From assembly GCA_022605425.2 (NCBI GenBank), contig CM061249.1, forward strand, positions 310,001 to 374,000: a stretch of 64,000 bases of DNA. Direction: 5' to 3'. This document shows positions 52,055 to 64,000 of the stretch, one piece after another. How positions within the stretch are numbered: the stretch's first letter is position 1; the number at the start of each line of letters is the position of its first letter. The DNA is from Hamiltosporidium tvaerminnensis FI-OER-3-3. Taxonomy: Eukaryota; Fungi; Microsporidia. A program made the position numbers and the translations under genes. Under the pieces are notes generated by a model that saw only the letters and a list, made by a program, of their open reading frames with translations, had not been told where the DNA came from and ran no database searches.

Positions 52055-54960
52055 TTTCTAAATCAATTTTACGATATTCAGAAAAATTTAAACATTTCAA
52101 AACCAAATTACTAACTTCATTCATTTCCAATTCTTTAAAAGTAACATAAACAGAATAAAGAAACTGATCAAATTCATAATTCTTAGGTTGGTATTTGTTA
52201 ACAAAATTACAATTATAGCAAACTGTTGTATACGTATCGTATTTTAAATTACATTCTGTACATTTGTAATCTGTCAAATATAAATTTGATATTTTTTTCT
52301 AAGTATTTCTGTAATTTTATTTATATAAAAATTTATATGAATTTCTTTATTACACGATTTACAATTTTTAGAAGCTTCTTGTACAGTTTCACAACATTTT
52401 GTTATAAAAGTAATATTTTTTGTTGGTAAATATTTTATTGGTTTTATTACACCAAATATTTTATTTATATTTTCATGATGAATTCCTTTGTAGAGAGAAA
52501 GTAAACGAAATAAAGAAGGAAGAACTTGGTGTTCAATATAATAATTAAAATCAATTTTGTACCTTTCATTTGGTAAATATGCACGTTTAGAAACGTGTGT
52601 GTTTTTATCTCCAATTCCAATCACATATGAAATTACATCATCTTTTTTATAAATTATTCCATTTTCTTTCAGTCTCAGAGCCAAACTGACGTGTGGAAAA
52701 ACAGTGGAAGGATAATTTTCTGGGTTTTTAGAAAAAGCAGCATTTATTATAAAATTTTCTACACTTTGTTGCTCAAAAGTGTCTTTGAAATCCACAAGTT
52801 TTTCTAAAATTAATTCGGCAATTTTTTTATTCTCATTATTTTTAAAAAAAATATTTTCTGTCATATTTTCTAATTCCGTGCCAACAATTAATTTATAATT
52901 TTCTTTTACTTCCATATCCATCAATAAAATATTTAAAATTTCTGTAGAAATAATAAAAGTTGATTTTGAAAAATCTCTTCTAACCATATCAAGTCCTTTG
53001 GTTTCTATAAATGAATTGCCTTTACTGTCAATACAGAGACATGCATATTTTTTTTGGTGTATAAAATTAATTTTTTAAAAACTCTTTCTATTTCAAATTC
53101 TATATTTTTGTAAAGAATATTTATACTTTTGACGAGTTGGTTGCAAATTTCAATAGATTTATTGTAATTACTGTTGATTCCAGATAAGTTTGTATCAATC
53201 ATTAATGAGTCAGTATCTCCATAAATTACATTTAATTTAAATTTATTTTCTGCAATCGATTTGGTTTGAGTTAAAATTTCGCGACCTTTGAAAGTTATAA
53301 AAGAAGCCATTTTTAAATTATAAAATCTTGAATTTACAGAACCTAAACAGCCATAAATACTATTTGCGGTCAACTTCAAGGCTTTTTGTCGAATATTTAA
53401 ATTCTTTTTTTCATTTTCATTTTTAGAATTTAAAATCAATTCTTTAACTACTTTCCTACGCTCTGTAAGTCTTTTTAAAACTTTAGGGAGAATTCCAACT
53501 TCCTTATTTAAACTGTTATTACAAATTTCTAAATCATTTTCAATATTTTTTTCATTGAATTTAAAAATACCGACTGTGGAAAAACAGACATTAAATTCTT
53601 GAATTATAGACGGGTAGAGAGAATTGAAATCTAAAAGTAAAACAAGAGTTTCATAGAAACCACGATTTGGATTTAAAACGAGTCCACCTTTATAACCTTT
53701 GTCTTCTTCTTTATTTCTATCATTTTCTTGATTCGAATCAAAAAAAATTGATTTTTCATTTTCATTTAAAAATAATTTATTTTTTTTTGGAAAAATCCAT
53801 TCTTTTTCATAAAATTCGTGCAACAAAAAATATTCAATTCTTTCTGCTCTTTGATTTTGAAAAGTTCTCGAGAGTAAATTACCACTAATTTCTGTCATTT
53901 GCTTATACAAATCTAAAATATTTAAAATTTTAAAAGATTCAATAATTATATTACAATTTCTTTCCAATTCAAAAAAAGATTCAATTTCCAAAGATTTTTT
54001 ATAATTTTTGTTTGGTAATTTAATATCAAGAGTCTTACATATTTCTTCTAAAGAATAATCCCTTCCTTTTATAAAATCAGGTGCTACAACAAACAAATCA
54101 CACATAATTATTTCATCAGAAATATAATTTTTATAAATATTTTCATGTAAATTATGAAAAATACAAATATCAACTTTTTCAGAAATTAAAATTTCTTTAA
54201 TTTTCAATTTCATTTGTTCAAAATTTTTATACATTTCAACTGAAGTAAATTCGTTTTTAAACTGTGAAATTTGATTATAATTATTTTTAAAATCTTCATA
54301 ACTTTTATTTTCTCTTAAATTTGTTCCTTTTACAAATCCAAAATAATTTTTAATTTCTTTATTATAAATTATTTTCATACAAAATTCTATAATTTCATTT
54401 CTAATAATTTTAACAGAAATATAAGAATAAGTAAGAAAAGGAAATTCTGTATTTTCTAAAAAGTTTATAAAATTTATATTTTCCACAGAAATTTCTCCAT
54501 GCATATTTTCTTGATAATCAGATATATAAATAAGACCAGGACCCATAATTTTTTTAGAAATTATTATATTTTCTAAAGGAGTTGTAAATTCTTTAAATGA
54601 AGAAATTATATTTGTAGATTTCAAAGTATTTGTCATAAAATTTATATTTGAACAAAGTTTTAAAACTTTTAAGTTTTCTGGTAAAGATTCATTAAAATAA
54701 TTCTTTTTTGTAATTTCTTCTATTTCAAACAAAATATTTTTCTTTATGCAAAAATCACTAATTTCTTTTTTTAAGGAATCTAAATCTTTTCCATAAAAAT
54801 AAACCGGAGAAAATATTTTATCAATTTTTATTTTTATACGCTCTGTTTTCAATTCAGATAAATTAAATGTTTTTGGTTTTTCTTCTGAGAATATTTTATG
54901 ACCGTATAACATAACAGATGAATCATTTAACTGTTTTATGTGTAATAAATAGAAATACAT
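52002..54960 (-). CDS. POL1: DNA polymerase alpha catalytic subunit (~985 aa once joined), split into three ORFs by two 1-nt frameshifts
   Basis: YKGGLVLNP, DFNSLYPSIIQEFNVCFST, RQKALKLTANSIYGCLG, YGDTDS, KKK/YA, KGLDMVRRD and C-terminal Cys clusters. Breaks fall at A8 (53048-53055) and A7 (52292-52298). Confidence 0.93.
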
Positions 54961-54985
54961 TTTAAGGGCAATAAATATTTTTTAA
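54961..54985 (-). promoter_or_regulatory. Microsporidian CCC-type initiation signal upstream of POL1
   Basis: Minus strand reads AT-rich tract-TGCCCTTAAA-ATG; CCC at 54966-54968. Confidence 0.6.
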
Positions 54986-55050
54986 ATTAAGAATTTCTAA
55001 AATTAAAATTTTTTTAATTATTGGTTGGCAGTGGTAAAAAAAAAACAAGA

Positions 55051-55188
55051 AAATAAAGACTGTGATAAGAATATCAAATTATTATGTTTTTTTGGGAAAT
55101 AAAATATTGCTTATGTGAGGTAAAATAATATACAAAAATAAAGACTGTGAGTAAGAATATCAAATTATTATGTTTTTTTGGAGAATAA
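55051..55188. repeat. ~50-bp direct repeat (period 85) in the divergent POL1/PLD1 intergenic region
   Basis: aaataaagactgtga(g)taagaatatcaaattattatgtttttttgg at 55051 and 55136. Confidence 0.85.
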
Positions 55189-55467
55189 TTAGTAACGGTA
55201 ATGATAATTTAAGAAAATCAAAGAAAAATAACCAACTATTATTTTAATTTAAGCTACTACCATCTAATAAATGATTCTAAAGCAATTGAAGAGCTCGTGC
55301 CTCCTTATTTTATTTTATATTTTTTTTATTACAATTTAAACAACTATATACTTTCTTTTCTTATTTTTATACAATTCCTTCATATTTCTTACTATTTTTA
55401 ATAGAATTCCTTATTTTAGGAATCCTGATTATTAAAATATTAAATTTACAAGATATGTCACTGATTC

Positions 55468-58251
55468 ATGAAATATAAAACGGTTTCTAAAAAATTTAAA
55501 ACATGTTTCATATTTTTGAATAAAATAATTCTTTGTTATAAACGCATGGAAGACGATGAAAATAATAAGGTTCGATTTAATAAATTATTTGAATCGTCTA
55601 TAATGATACCATTTAGATATTTATCATTTTTCTCAGAAAGTGCATATGTAAGTATTCTATATGAATTTATATCTGTAAAAGTTATAGAATCTACAAAAGT
55701 ACATTTTAAAATAGAATTGTCCTATCTAAATTATAAATGGATTATTTCAAGATCACTTGTAAAAATATACGAACTAGAAAAATTAGAACATTTAAAAAAT
55801 AAAATATATAGAATTCAAGATAATTTGGTGGATTTTAAAACTGATAAGAATAAATGTATTGAAAATGTGTTAAAATCTATTTTACTGGCAAGTAAATATA
55901 TAGATCATAGCGAAATATTAATATTTTTTAATTTATCTAAATTAAGTTTTATTGGAAGAAAAAACTTTGAGGGTTTTTTTAGTTTGAGAGAACAATATTT
56001 CTCACCGAAAGTTGTTTGTTGTTTTAAGAAGAGTAAACATTATAGTAAGCAATCTACTTGTTATGTTGTTTGTAAAGAAGGATATTTGGTATTTATCAAA
56101 AATTTTGAGGATCAGAAAATTGATAAGATTATACTTTATGATAAATACTTTAAGGTTGAAAAAAGTACGAGTTTAATGAGTTATTCATTGAAAATATCAA
56201 ATTCTGAAAAGTGTTTTGTTTTAAGTACAAAAAATAAAGAAGAATATAACGAATTTTATGATTTACTAAATAAAATATTGATGGAATCGTGTAATACTGC
56301 TACTCATAGATTTAATTCTTTTAGTCCTGTAAGAAAAAATTGTGATTTTATTTATTATATTGATGGTAAATACTATTTCGAGGAACTTTATAATCAAATA
56401 AAAAAATCTAAAAATCAGATATTTATGGCTGGTTGGTGGATTTCACCGGATATATATCTAAAAAGGAAATTATTCGAAGGTAAATTAGACAAGAAATATA
56501 GAATTGATACTATTTTGAAGGAAAGAGCTAAAAATGGAGTAAAAATCTATATTTTATTGTATAATGAATACCAATATGCACTGCCTATAAATTCTGAATA
56601 TACTGAAAAAAAACTGGGAGGATTACATAAAAATATTTCTATAATTAGACATCCTAAGATTAATTTTTTCGATATAAATTATTGGTCACATCATGAAAAA
56701 ATAGTGATAGTGGATCAAGAAATCGGATTTCTAGGTGGTATTGATATCTGCCTGGGAAGATTTGACACCTATAAACATGAAATTTTTGAAGATAAAAAAG
56801 CTTCTAAACAACCATTAAAAGAAATATCATTTAGAAAACATGCGAATTCAAATCAAATAAAGAATCTTGAAAATATTTTAGAAAAGCCAGAAAAAGATTA
56901 TGAAATCTATTTTGGGAAAGACAAACAGGCACTTTCAAAAAAAGATGAAGATTATTCATCTAAATGGCCCGGATTGGATTATTCAAATCCATTGAAAATG
57001 GATTTTAGAAGTGTTGGACAAATTAAGAAATCACTGATCGATAAAACGAAAATACCGAGAATGCCTTGGCATGATATACACAGCAAAATCGAAGGAGATA
57101 TAGTTTATGATCTCTCTAGGCATTTTATTGAACGATGGAATAAAGCACGCGAGACCGAAAAAAATCCAGAAAATTTCGATATATTGCTTTTAAATGATTT
57201 CAAGCCGTCAGAAAGCAATAAAAGTAACAGCATTGAAGTACAGATACTTAGATCCGCGGGTTTCTGGTCACTCAATATACCAACTGAACATTCCATACAA
57301 AATGCATACCTTGAACTCATAAAAAGATCTGAAAATTATCTTTATTTTGAAAATCAATTTTTTATTACAAATTGTTCGGAAAATATATTAGAATACCCGG
57401 TAAATCAAATTGGGAATGCAATTGTTAACAAAATCCAACAGGCATTTAAAGAGAAAAGGCAATACAAAGTTTATATTGTGATTCCATCTTTACCCGCGTT
57501 TGAAGCGAATTTTACATCAAAAAAAGATTCAAGTATAAAACAAGTAATGCATCTACAATACAAATCAATATCGAATGGTGAAAATTCGATGTATCATGTT
57601 TTGAAAAGGAAAGGAATCAATCCAGAAGATTATATATTATTTCTTTCACTGAGAAAAGGCTATATTGATGACATAAAAGCAGCGTATGAACAGATATATG
57701 TACACTCAAAGATAGTTATTGCCGATGGAAAACTTGGGATTATAGGCAGTGCAAATTTAAACGATAGAAGTATGCTTGGTAATAGAGATTCCGAAATCGC
57801 AATGATTGTGGAAGATGAAGGTAACGGAAAAATAAAAAATATGATGAAAGATCTTTTGATAGAACATCTAGGATTATATAGTGACTCTGCCTTACAAGAC
57901 AATAATGATACGTTCTTCAAAACTTTCTTTGATAAAAATTTGTTAGATTTAGGGAATATAGATTTCTTCAACACTTTGAAAAGTCGCGCAACAATTAATA
58001 CAAAAATATTTCGCGAAATATTCCGTTCCATTCCTGATAATGATGTTAAGACGGCTAGAGATTACAGAAATTTTATTAAAATGGCATCTTTAAATACGAT
58101 CGGTATAAAAGACAGGCATGTGTTGTTTAAGGCATTTAAAAGAATTCGCGGGCATTTTATTCTTTTCTCTGATAAATTTTTGGAAGAAGAAGAAGAAATC
58201 TTCAAAATTTTTGATCTTCAGCAATTTCTACCTTCTAAAATATATTATTAA
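55468..58251 (+). CDS. PLD1: Phospholipase D1 (Spo14-like), with divergent PX/PH region and two HKD motifs
   Basis: HRFNSFSPVR, IFMAGWWISP, WSHHEKIVIVD, PRMPWHD, YFENQFF, YVHSKIVIAD...IIGSANLNDRSMLGNRDSE. Confidence 0.95.
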   Translation: MKYKTVSKKFKTCFIFLNKIILCYKRMEDDENNKVRFNKLFESSIMIPFRYLSFFSESAYVSILYEFISVKVIESTKVHFKIELSYLNYKWIISRSLVKIYELEKLEHLKNKIYRIQDNLVDFKTDKNKCIENVLKSILLASKYIDHSEILIFFNLSKLSFIGRKNFEGFFSLREQYFSPKVVCCFKKSKHYSKQSTCYVVCKEGYLVFIKNFEDQKIDKIILYDKYFKVEKSTSLMSYSLKISNSEKCFVLSTKNKEEYNEFYDLLNKILMESCNTATHRFNSFSPVRKNCDFIYYIDGKYYFEELYNQIKKSKNQIFMAGWWISPDIYLKRKLFEGKLDKKYRIDTILKERAKNGVKIYILLYNEYQYALPINSEYTEKKLGGLHKNISIIRHPKINFFDINYWSHHEKIVIVDQEIGFLGGIDICLGRFDTYKHEIFEDKKASKQPLKEISFRKHANSNQIKNLENILEKPEKDYEIYFGKDKQALSKKDEDYSSKWPGLDYSNPLKMDFRSVGQIKKSLIDKTKIPRMPWHDIHSKIEGDIVYDLSRHFIERWNKARETEKNPENFDILLLNDFKPSESNKSNSIEVQILRSAGFWSLNIPTEHSIQNAYLELIKRSENYLYFENQFFITNCSENILEYPVNQIGNAIVNKIQQAFKEKRQYKVYIVIPSLPAFEANFTSKKDSSIKQVMHLQYKSISNGENSMYHVLKRKGINPEDYILFLSLRKGYIDDIKAAYEQIYVHSKIVIADGKLGIIGSANLNDRSMLGNRDSEIAMIVEDEGNGKIKNMMKDLLIEHLGLYSDSALQDNNDTFFKTFFDKNLLDLGNIDFFNTLKSRATINTKIFREIFRSIPDNDVKTARDYRNFIKMASLNTIGIKDRHVLFKAFKRIRGHFILFSDKFLEEEEEIFKIFDLQQFLPSKIYY

Positions 58252-59521
58252 AGTTATTTTTTTAGTAAATTTTATAATAAATTATGATTTATCAAGAAAT
58301 ATAATATATCAATCAAATTACATCGTAATTATTCATAGATAAACTAATCATTTATATATTCGGTAATATCACGACGACGATGACAAACTCAGCTAGAAAT
58401 AATTAATTAGTTAATTCACTACAAGAGACCAATAAGAGTGCACCAATTAAGATATCTCTATTTCTATTTGTTCATAAATCTTATGCAACCAATAATAGTG
58501 ACTAGAAGTAACCATAAAACAATTAAAAATATTCTATTGGTTCAAAAAAATATTTGAAATAAACATTTTTAAATTTTTTTCTACATTTGATCATTTATCG
58601 AGATTACCATAATAATTTTTTTTTACTTTTTATAAAATATTCGGTTTAAAAAAAGTTTAAATCATTTTTTAAGATTTTTTTTCCGGTATTCATGGTTACA
58701 CAAAGTAATGACTTATAATATTGATGCTTTTTTGCTCTGCCATTTATTTTATTCTTAATAATAATTGCATAACAAAAATATTGCTTGAATAGCTTCATGG
58801 AATTTTATTCTTGATTAAATCAAAAGATTTATAATAAAAATAACTAAGAATTTATAATAAATAAATTAACAAATAAGCATATCGTTAAAAACCACGGGTT
58901 TTTCAGTCAAATAAAACACTGACAAGAATAAAATCTTCGAGAAAAAAGACAGAATTTAATAAAAATAGGTGAAGAGAACAGACTAAATATTAGAGCCGAG
59001 CTGAAGCTCTGAAAAACTTAGAAGTAAATATAAAAGAAGAAGAGAAATATGCAGGTTAAAAAAGCCTAAATTTTTATTGAAAAATCGCTCAGAGTCGGTA
59101 ATAATTTGGAAATGAAAGACTAAAAAATATACGAGAAACATATCAGGAAAGAATAAGAAATTCTTATTGAAAATTTTTAAAAACTATAGCTAAGATAAGA
59201 AATTTTAAGCTTATTTTCGGCATTTTTTTTCTTATGAATATAAAAGAAAGTTCGTTTCTACCAGCTTTGCCACTATAGTATTTGTATACTTTAAAAATAA
59301 CCTATAAATTTATATAGTTTTCTTTAATTATAAGGGTTCAATATTTTTAAAAAATACTAAGTATAATAGAGAAAAATTTATGAAAAACGTTAATTTAAAT
59401 GGTTTTATGGAAATTTTTTGGTTTTTTAAAAATAGTTCGTCAAGGCTTTTATTTGTATTTTTATAATATCTAACGAATAAAAAAAATATAAAACAATCTT
59501 AAACTATGTTTAGAGTTCCAA

Positions 59522-60115
59522 CTAATATCTTCTATTTGATAAATATCCTGTTTGTTCTACCAACCAGTCTCTAACTAAATCGGTATTGATATTTTTTTTT
59601 CCTGAGACAGAATAACATGCTACTTCTCTATCTACAATCGAAAGTAAATCTAGTTTTAAAATAATATCTTTACAGGAAATAGAACCGTCGAGGTCATTCT
59701 TATTTCCCAAAATAAGAATTGATTTCTTGAGCCACATATTTCTGTACAGCAGATTTTTTAGTTCATCTCTTGATTTTGCCAGTTCTTCTTCCTGAGCCGC
59801 GGAATTCACAAAAAATATTAACAAATCTGCCTTTTTGTAATAGTGGTCCCATTTTGCAATCGAGTCTCTTCCACCTGGTATATCATATACAACAAAAGTA
59901 ATACCAGAAAAGGCATATCTTTTAATTTCTACAGAAGATGGCCCCTGGTTATCTTCAAATGTATCGTTAAAAATTAAAGGAATAAAACTCGATTTTCCCG
60001 TATGTTCTAATCCTATCACTAATACTCTTGCTCTTTTTATTAGTAGTCTTTGATATAGGCTTTTTATCATTTTGCAAAGCCGATTGCATATCTGCGACAT
60101 ACCAAGAGCAACCAT
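59522..60115 (-). CDS. ARL8: ARF-family small GTPase, most like Arl8
   Basis: GLEHTGKSS, DIPG, NKND; Arl8-type C-terminus LDLLSIVDREVACYSVSGKKNINTD...WL; no N-terminal myristoyl Gly; first ATG at 60115. Confidence 0.8.
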   Translation of the reverse strand: MVALGMSQICNRLCKMIKSLYQRLLIKRARVLVIGLEHTGKSSFIPLIFNDTFEDNQGPSSVEIKRYAFSGITFVVYDIPGGRDSIAKWDHYYKKADLLIFFVNSAAQEEELAKSRDELKNLLYRNMWLKKSILILGNKNDLDGSISCKDIILKLDLLSIVDREVACYSVSGKKNINTDLVRDWLVEQTGYLSNRRY

Positions 60116-61134
60116 AAAGGATATATATCCGAAATTGACCAATCAAATTGTACTGATAAGACTCCTTTTTATTCAAAATTTTATAAAAATAGATATCAAG
60201 TTTTCGATATTTATACTCTGATTTTTATAAAAAAAATATTTTATTCAAATTTTATCTTAATTAAACGTTTAAAAACCATTTTTTACAAATTAAGCTTCTT
60301 TCATGTAAAGTACTCAATTAAATTGATTTAATTACCTAAGTATCTATTACTATTAAGAATTATCTTTTATCCAAAGAATTAAGTTAACTAAATCTATATT
60401 TTATTAGTATGGCCCAAATATGATTTCTATGTTTTTTTCTGTCTATTTTTTCTATATTGCGCTATATATTTCACAAATAATTATCGTCGTAGAAAAAAGG
60501 TGATTTTGTATAAGGATTAAGTCTATTAGAGTAAATAAAACCAGCTTTTATATTTTTCTATTGCAAATTGTCTATAAATTTTATATCTATGTAAATTGGT
60601 TTTAAAACAAATTATAATTAAAATATAAAAAACTTTTAATTATATAATATTGTTTTAAAAATTGCAGAAGAATATTAAACTAATTTTACTTTTCAATTTT
60701 ACCTCTTAATTTTACCTTTTATTGCCTGAATTGTAATATTTTAAAAATATAATTACCATATACGACTTATCGCTAACTTTAAGATTTTTTTCCGGATATA
60801 TTTTGTTAAAAAGTTTAATTTAAATAAATAATTCTTGAGAAAATTGTTTGTAAATACTAAAAATTATATTTATATAAAAATATACTGGTTCATATTTTGT
60901 TTTTTCTAAATAAATTATCATATCCGATTTATAAACAAATATTATGATTTGTTTATTGGTATAATCTTTTTTTTATACACTCATTCAATAAATCTACTCT
61001 CTTCTTTTTCAACATAATTAAATTATTAATACTGAAAAAAATAACTGCTCAAGTAAACTAATAGCTGAACATTTCTAAATTAATTCATATAATTTGTGAG
61101 ATAAAAACATTGTTAAAATATTAAGATTATTTCA

Positions 61135-62356
61135 TTTTTTATTAAATAAAATTCTGAGTAAACGAAGTTTTCTCTCTTTTAAATAATTCTTCCTTCTATT
61201 TTAATCATTTCGTTATCCTCCGCTAAATCTGACTCCTCGTTTATATTTATTGTCGGTTCTTTCACCGGGTTTCTGCCATCTAAAATAAGGGGTGTAATAT
61301 TTTTTGTATTTTCCGTTTTAACATCATCTTCCTCGTTGTCTACTCGCTTTAAAGGAGTTCTTGGTTGTTTATGCGTTTCAGCTTCTTCAATAACACTTAA
61401 TGATGCCTTCTTCGGCATTTGGCTCAGACAAAGTTCCACTTTGTCGTCAAAAGAAATTGTTTCGACTGTCTTCTTGAGTACTTTGGATTTTATATATGCT
61501 TCTATATTCATAGGTGTTTGTAGTCTCTTAACATACGTCTTATGGTATTCTGTCACGATACTGTTCCAGGTCATCACATAAGGAACTATCTCTACACTAC
61601 TGTTATAAATAAGACTTAACACATTTGCTAATAAGTCATACTTCCTAAGCTTCTCTTTTTCAACTTTTTGACCAGAGTCTTATAATGTGATTCTTGCTTT
61701 AATGAGGGTTATACTATTCTGTCTCTTGTCTTAAATATATATATCGGGTCTGTTACACCGAATCTTGACATAAATTTTTATTCTGGTTTCCACTTTATCC
61801 CTGCATACTCGTTATTAAGAACTTCTTGAATTGAGTGGCTTCTAATTTGTTTTAATGACTTAAACTTATATTTATTGGCAAGAGTAAATGTATACATTGT
61901 ACTTAATCATTATGTCGTCTAGTATAATCATGACCAAGCCTTTTTTCAGATTTTGTTTCTAAGTGATCCACTGTTTTCCTAGACTGGTTGAAGTGTTGAC
62001 ACATACTTTCTGCATCCCGGAAAACATTTCTATCCTGTATATAACAGAACGCTTCTTAATCACGTGGTCTTACACTTCCTTTCTTTAACCTTCTTGAGGA
62101 GTATTTACACTTATCGCTCGTTATTTCTAGCACTATATACCTTTGGATGTAGTTTTCGGTTTTTAATTTCGTTATATAGATTAGCTAGTCTGGCTTCTTC
62201 GAGTTTCTTCTTTGTGACTTGCTCTTTCAACCCGTATTTTATTTTTAAAAAAGTTTTTAATTATTTAAAGGTGGGTTTTATTATTGTTCTCAATTCTTAG
62301 GATCGCTGCTCTTCCAGTAGATGTATCTTTATGCTTTTCAAGACAACCCAAGAGTG
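61135..62356 (-). mobile_element. 5'-truncated R4/Dong-like copy (3' ~1.2 kb)
   Basis: Colinear with ~48700-49920: CQHF...TVDHL, DYTRRHND, NRPDIY, KLRKYDLLAN, VEIVPYVMTW. A further decayed 3' fragment may lie at ~62400-62720. Confidence 0.88.
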
Positions 62357-63464
62357 CCAAATGTATTTAAGGTTATTAGAATTCTTCATTTAAAATATAA
62401 ATTTTTAACAAAAATGTTTTTTATATATTTCTATTATTTCTTCTTCGACTTAGGCTTCTACTAATCAGATGTATTTTTAAACTCGTCCCAAAACCGAATC
62501 TTACACAACACAATGTTGGTTTCTAATTTACTTCACCTATTCTATTGTTTTAAAAGGAGTTTTTTTTCTAAACGTGCTTTTTTTATAGGCCGAGTTGTTT
62601 ACTAATTTGAAGCTTCAAAATTATGTTTTATTACATGTTTATAAACGGTTTAAAGCTCGTTTCCTTGAATCTAATCAATTCTCTTAAAACAAACTTTTGA
62701 AGAAAACAAGAGATTGAATTTCTGTTGTTAAAAAAGTTTAATTTGTAGTAAAGAATATACCAAATGAAGATAAAATATTATAAATTAATAACATGAGGCA
62801 ATTATAATGTATATTTATATAAATTCTAATATGTTTTCAATGTATAAATTTAGTTTAAGTAAGAATTTATAATTGAAGCTATTAGAATTACAAAAAGGGG
62901 CAAAAGCCTTATTTGAAAAAGATGTATCAGAATCTTTTTATGAAATTTAAAAAAGCTTCTTTTTTTGCGAATTAAAAACTAAAAATATTATTAAAAGAAT
63001 ATTACAAAATCTTTTAATTTACCTTAGTAAAAAATACATTTGAGTAAAATTTAAATATTAAATAAATTTTTACTTCTTTATAATTTTTTTCTATTGAATG
63101 TTGAAAAAAATAACATATTTGACTTTTTCGGTCGATTTTAATACAATAATGAATCAAATAAAATATTAAGCAATCATTTACTTTAATAATACTGATTTCT
63201 CCAAGAAATAATATATTTATATTCTTGTTTACCAAAATACACAGTAATAAAACATTTAATTGTATTTTGAAATAATTATTGGTTTTAATCAAATATAATT
63301 TTTATTATTAACCAGAAAAATGTTTTTTTTTTATTTACTCAAAAGTAGATAAATTAAATATATTATATGCATTCAAAAAGTTAAAGACTTTTGATTGCAA
63401 AAACACCAATATAAGGAAAAATATAGCTGAAACAGAAGGTAAACAATATATTGGTAAAATAAAT

Positions 63465-64000
63465 TTATTTATCATGTAAACGCCTCAGAGTATCATCTAA
63501 TTTTTCTATGAAATTGCTTATAGAGGAGTTATAAAAACTTTTCTTCAACTTAATGTCCTCATAAATTATTCTGGAATGAATACGAGTCATGATGGTTTCA
63601 CATACAAACAAATCCTTCAAATATTCCAATTTTGTATCGGTATAAGTTTTTTTGTTAGCATATTTTGTAAAAATAGCATCGAGTTTTTTAAATAGGATTG
63701 TATCAATTACAGTATTAGATAAATTTGCTTGTATAATGCTTGACATACAAATTTCAGTGTATTTTCGAAGCAAATCTATATCTTGTAAACCCTTAAAGAA
63801 TTTTTTAAAACAAATTTCAGTATATGAAGTTTGCGAACCTGATTCGTTAGAAAGCTCGGATTCATAAAACTCTATGGCTTTTTCGACCTCTTTCTTATCA
63901 AAATTATTTAAAAAAACGCGGTTTAAAAGAATATTCAATTGAATATAATAAATTATTCTTTTAAGAGGTAATTTCCTAATACCCCCTATATCATAAAAAT
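63465..64000 (-). CDS. Hypothetical protein, 5' part outside the window
   Basis: The frame stays open from 63465 to the window end (...FYDIGGIRKLPLKRIIYYIQLNILL...), at least 178 codons; no recognisable motif. Confidence 0.6.
   Translation of the reverse strand, partial: FYDIGGIRKLPLKRIIYYIQLNILLNRVFLNNFDKKEVEKAIEFYESELSNESGSQTSYTEICFKKFFKGLQDIDLLRKYTEICMSSIIQANLSNTVIDTILFKKLDAIFTKYANKKTYTDTKLEYLKDLFVCETIMTRIHSRIIYEDIKLKKSFYNSSISNFIEKLDDTLRRLHDK

Noticed and set aside
51411-55188. Spaced repeats as a CRISPR-like array
   Set aside because: Only 2-2.3 copies, whole-unit duplications without unique spacers, eukaryotic context and no cas genes.
46328-58342. Antisense or overlapping short ORFs within the R4-like element, POL1 and PLD1 (also 2554-3315)
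   Set aside because: Shadow ORFs of real coding sequence with no independent motifs.
55468-60115. Functional cluster of PLD1 with an ARF-family GTPase
   Set aside because: PLD activation is known for Arf1/Arf6, not Arl8; adjacency in a compact eukaryotic block is weak evidence.

Overview
Very AT-rich eukaryotic DNA, most consistent with a large-genome microsporidian (Hamiltosporidium-like). This is inferred from intronless compact core genes, a CCC motif upstream of POL1, PVNT/GVS-type low-complexity inserts and the transposon families present. The window has two compartments. (1) About 1-50 kb is gene-sparse. It holds two lineage-specific families (784-aa hydrophobic-leader/BTB-like/LRR-like proteins and ~176-aa membrane proteins, three copies each), decayed serpin-like and metzincin-like genes, an orphan UBA1 3' fragment and many transposons: a decayed full-length RTE LINE, a 5'-truncated RTE, two ~240-bp bipartite RTE-derived SINE-like elements with TSDs, R4/Dong-like RLE LINEs, Tc1/IS630, Ginger/Gypsy integrase remnants and weak MULE and piggyBac remnants. 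(2) About 50.5-60.2 kb is a compact core block: an ABHD13/Bem46-like hydrolase, DNA polymerase alpha (split by two frameshifts at A-runs), phospholipase D1 and an atypical Arl8-like GTPase. All calls are by-eye motif recognition; no searches were run.
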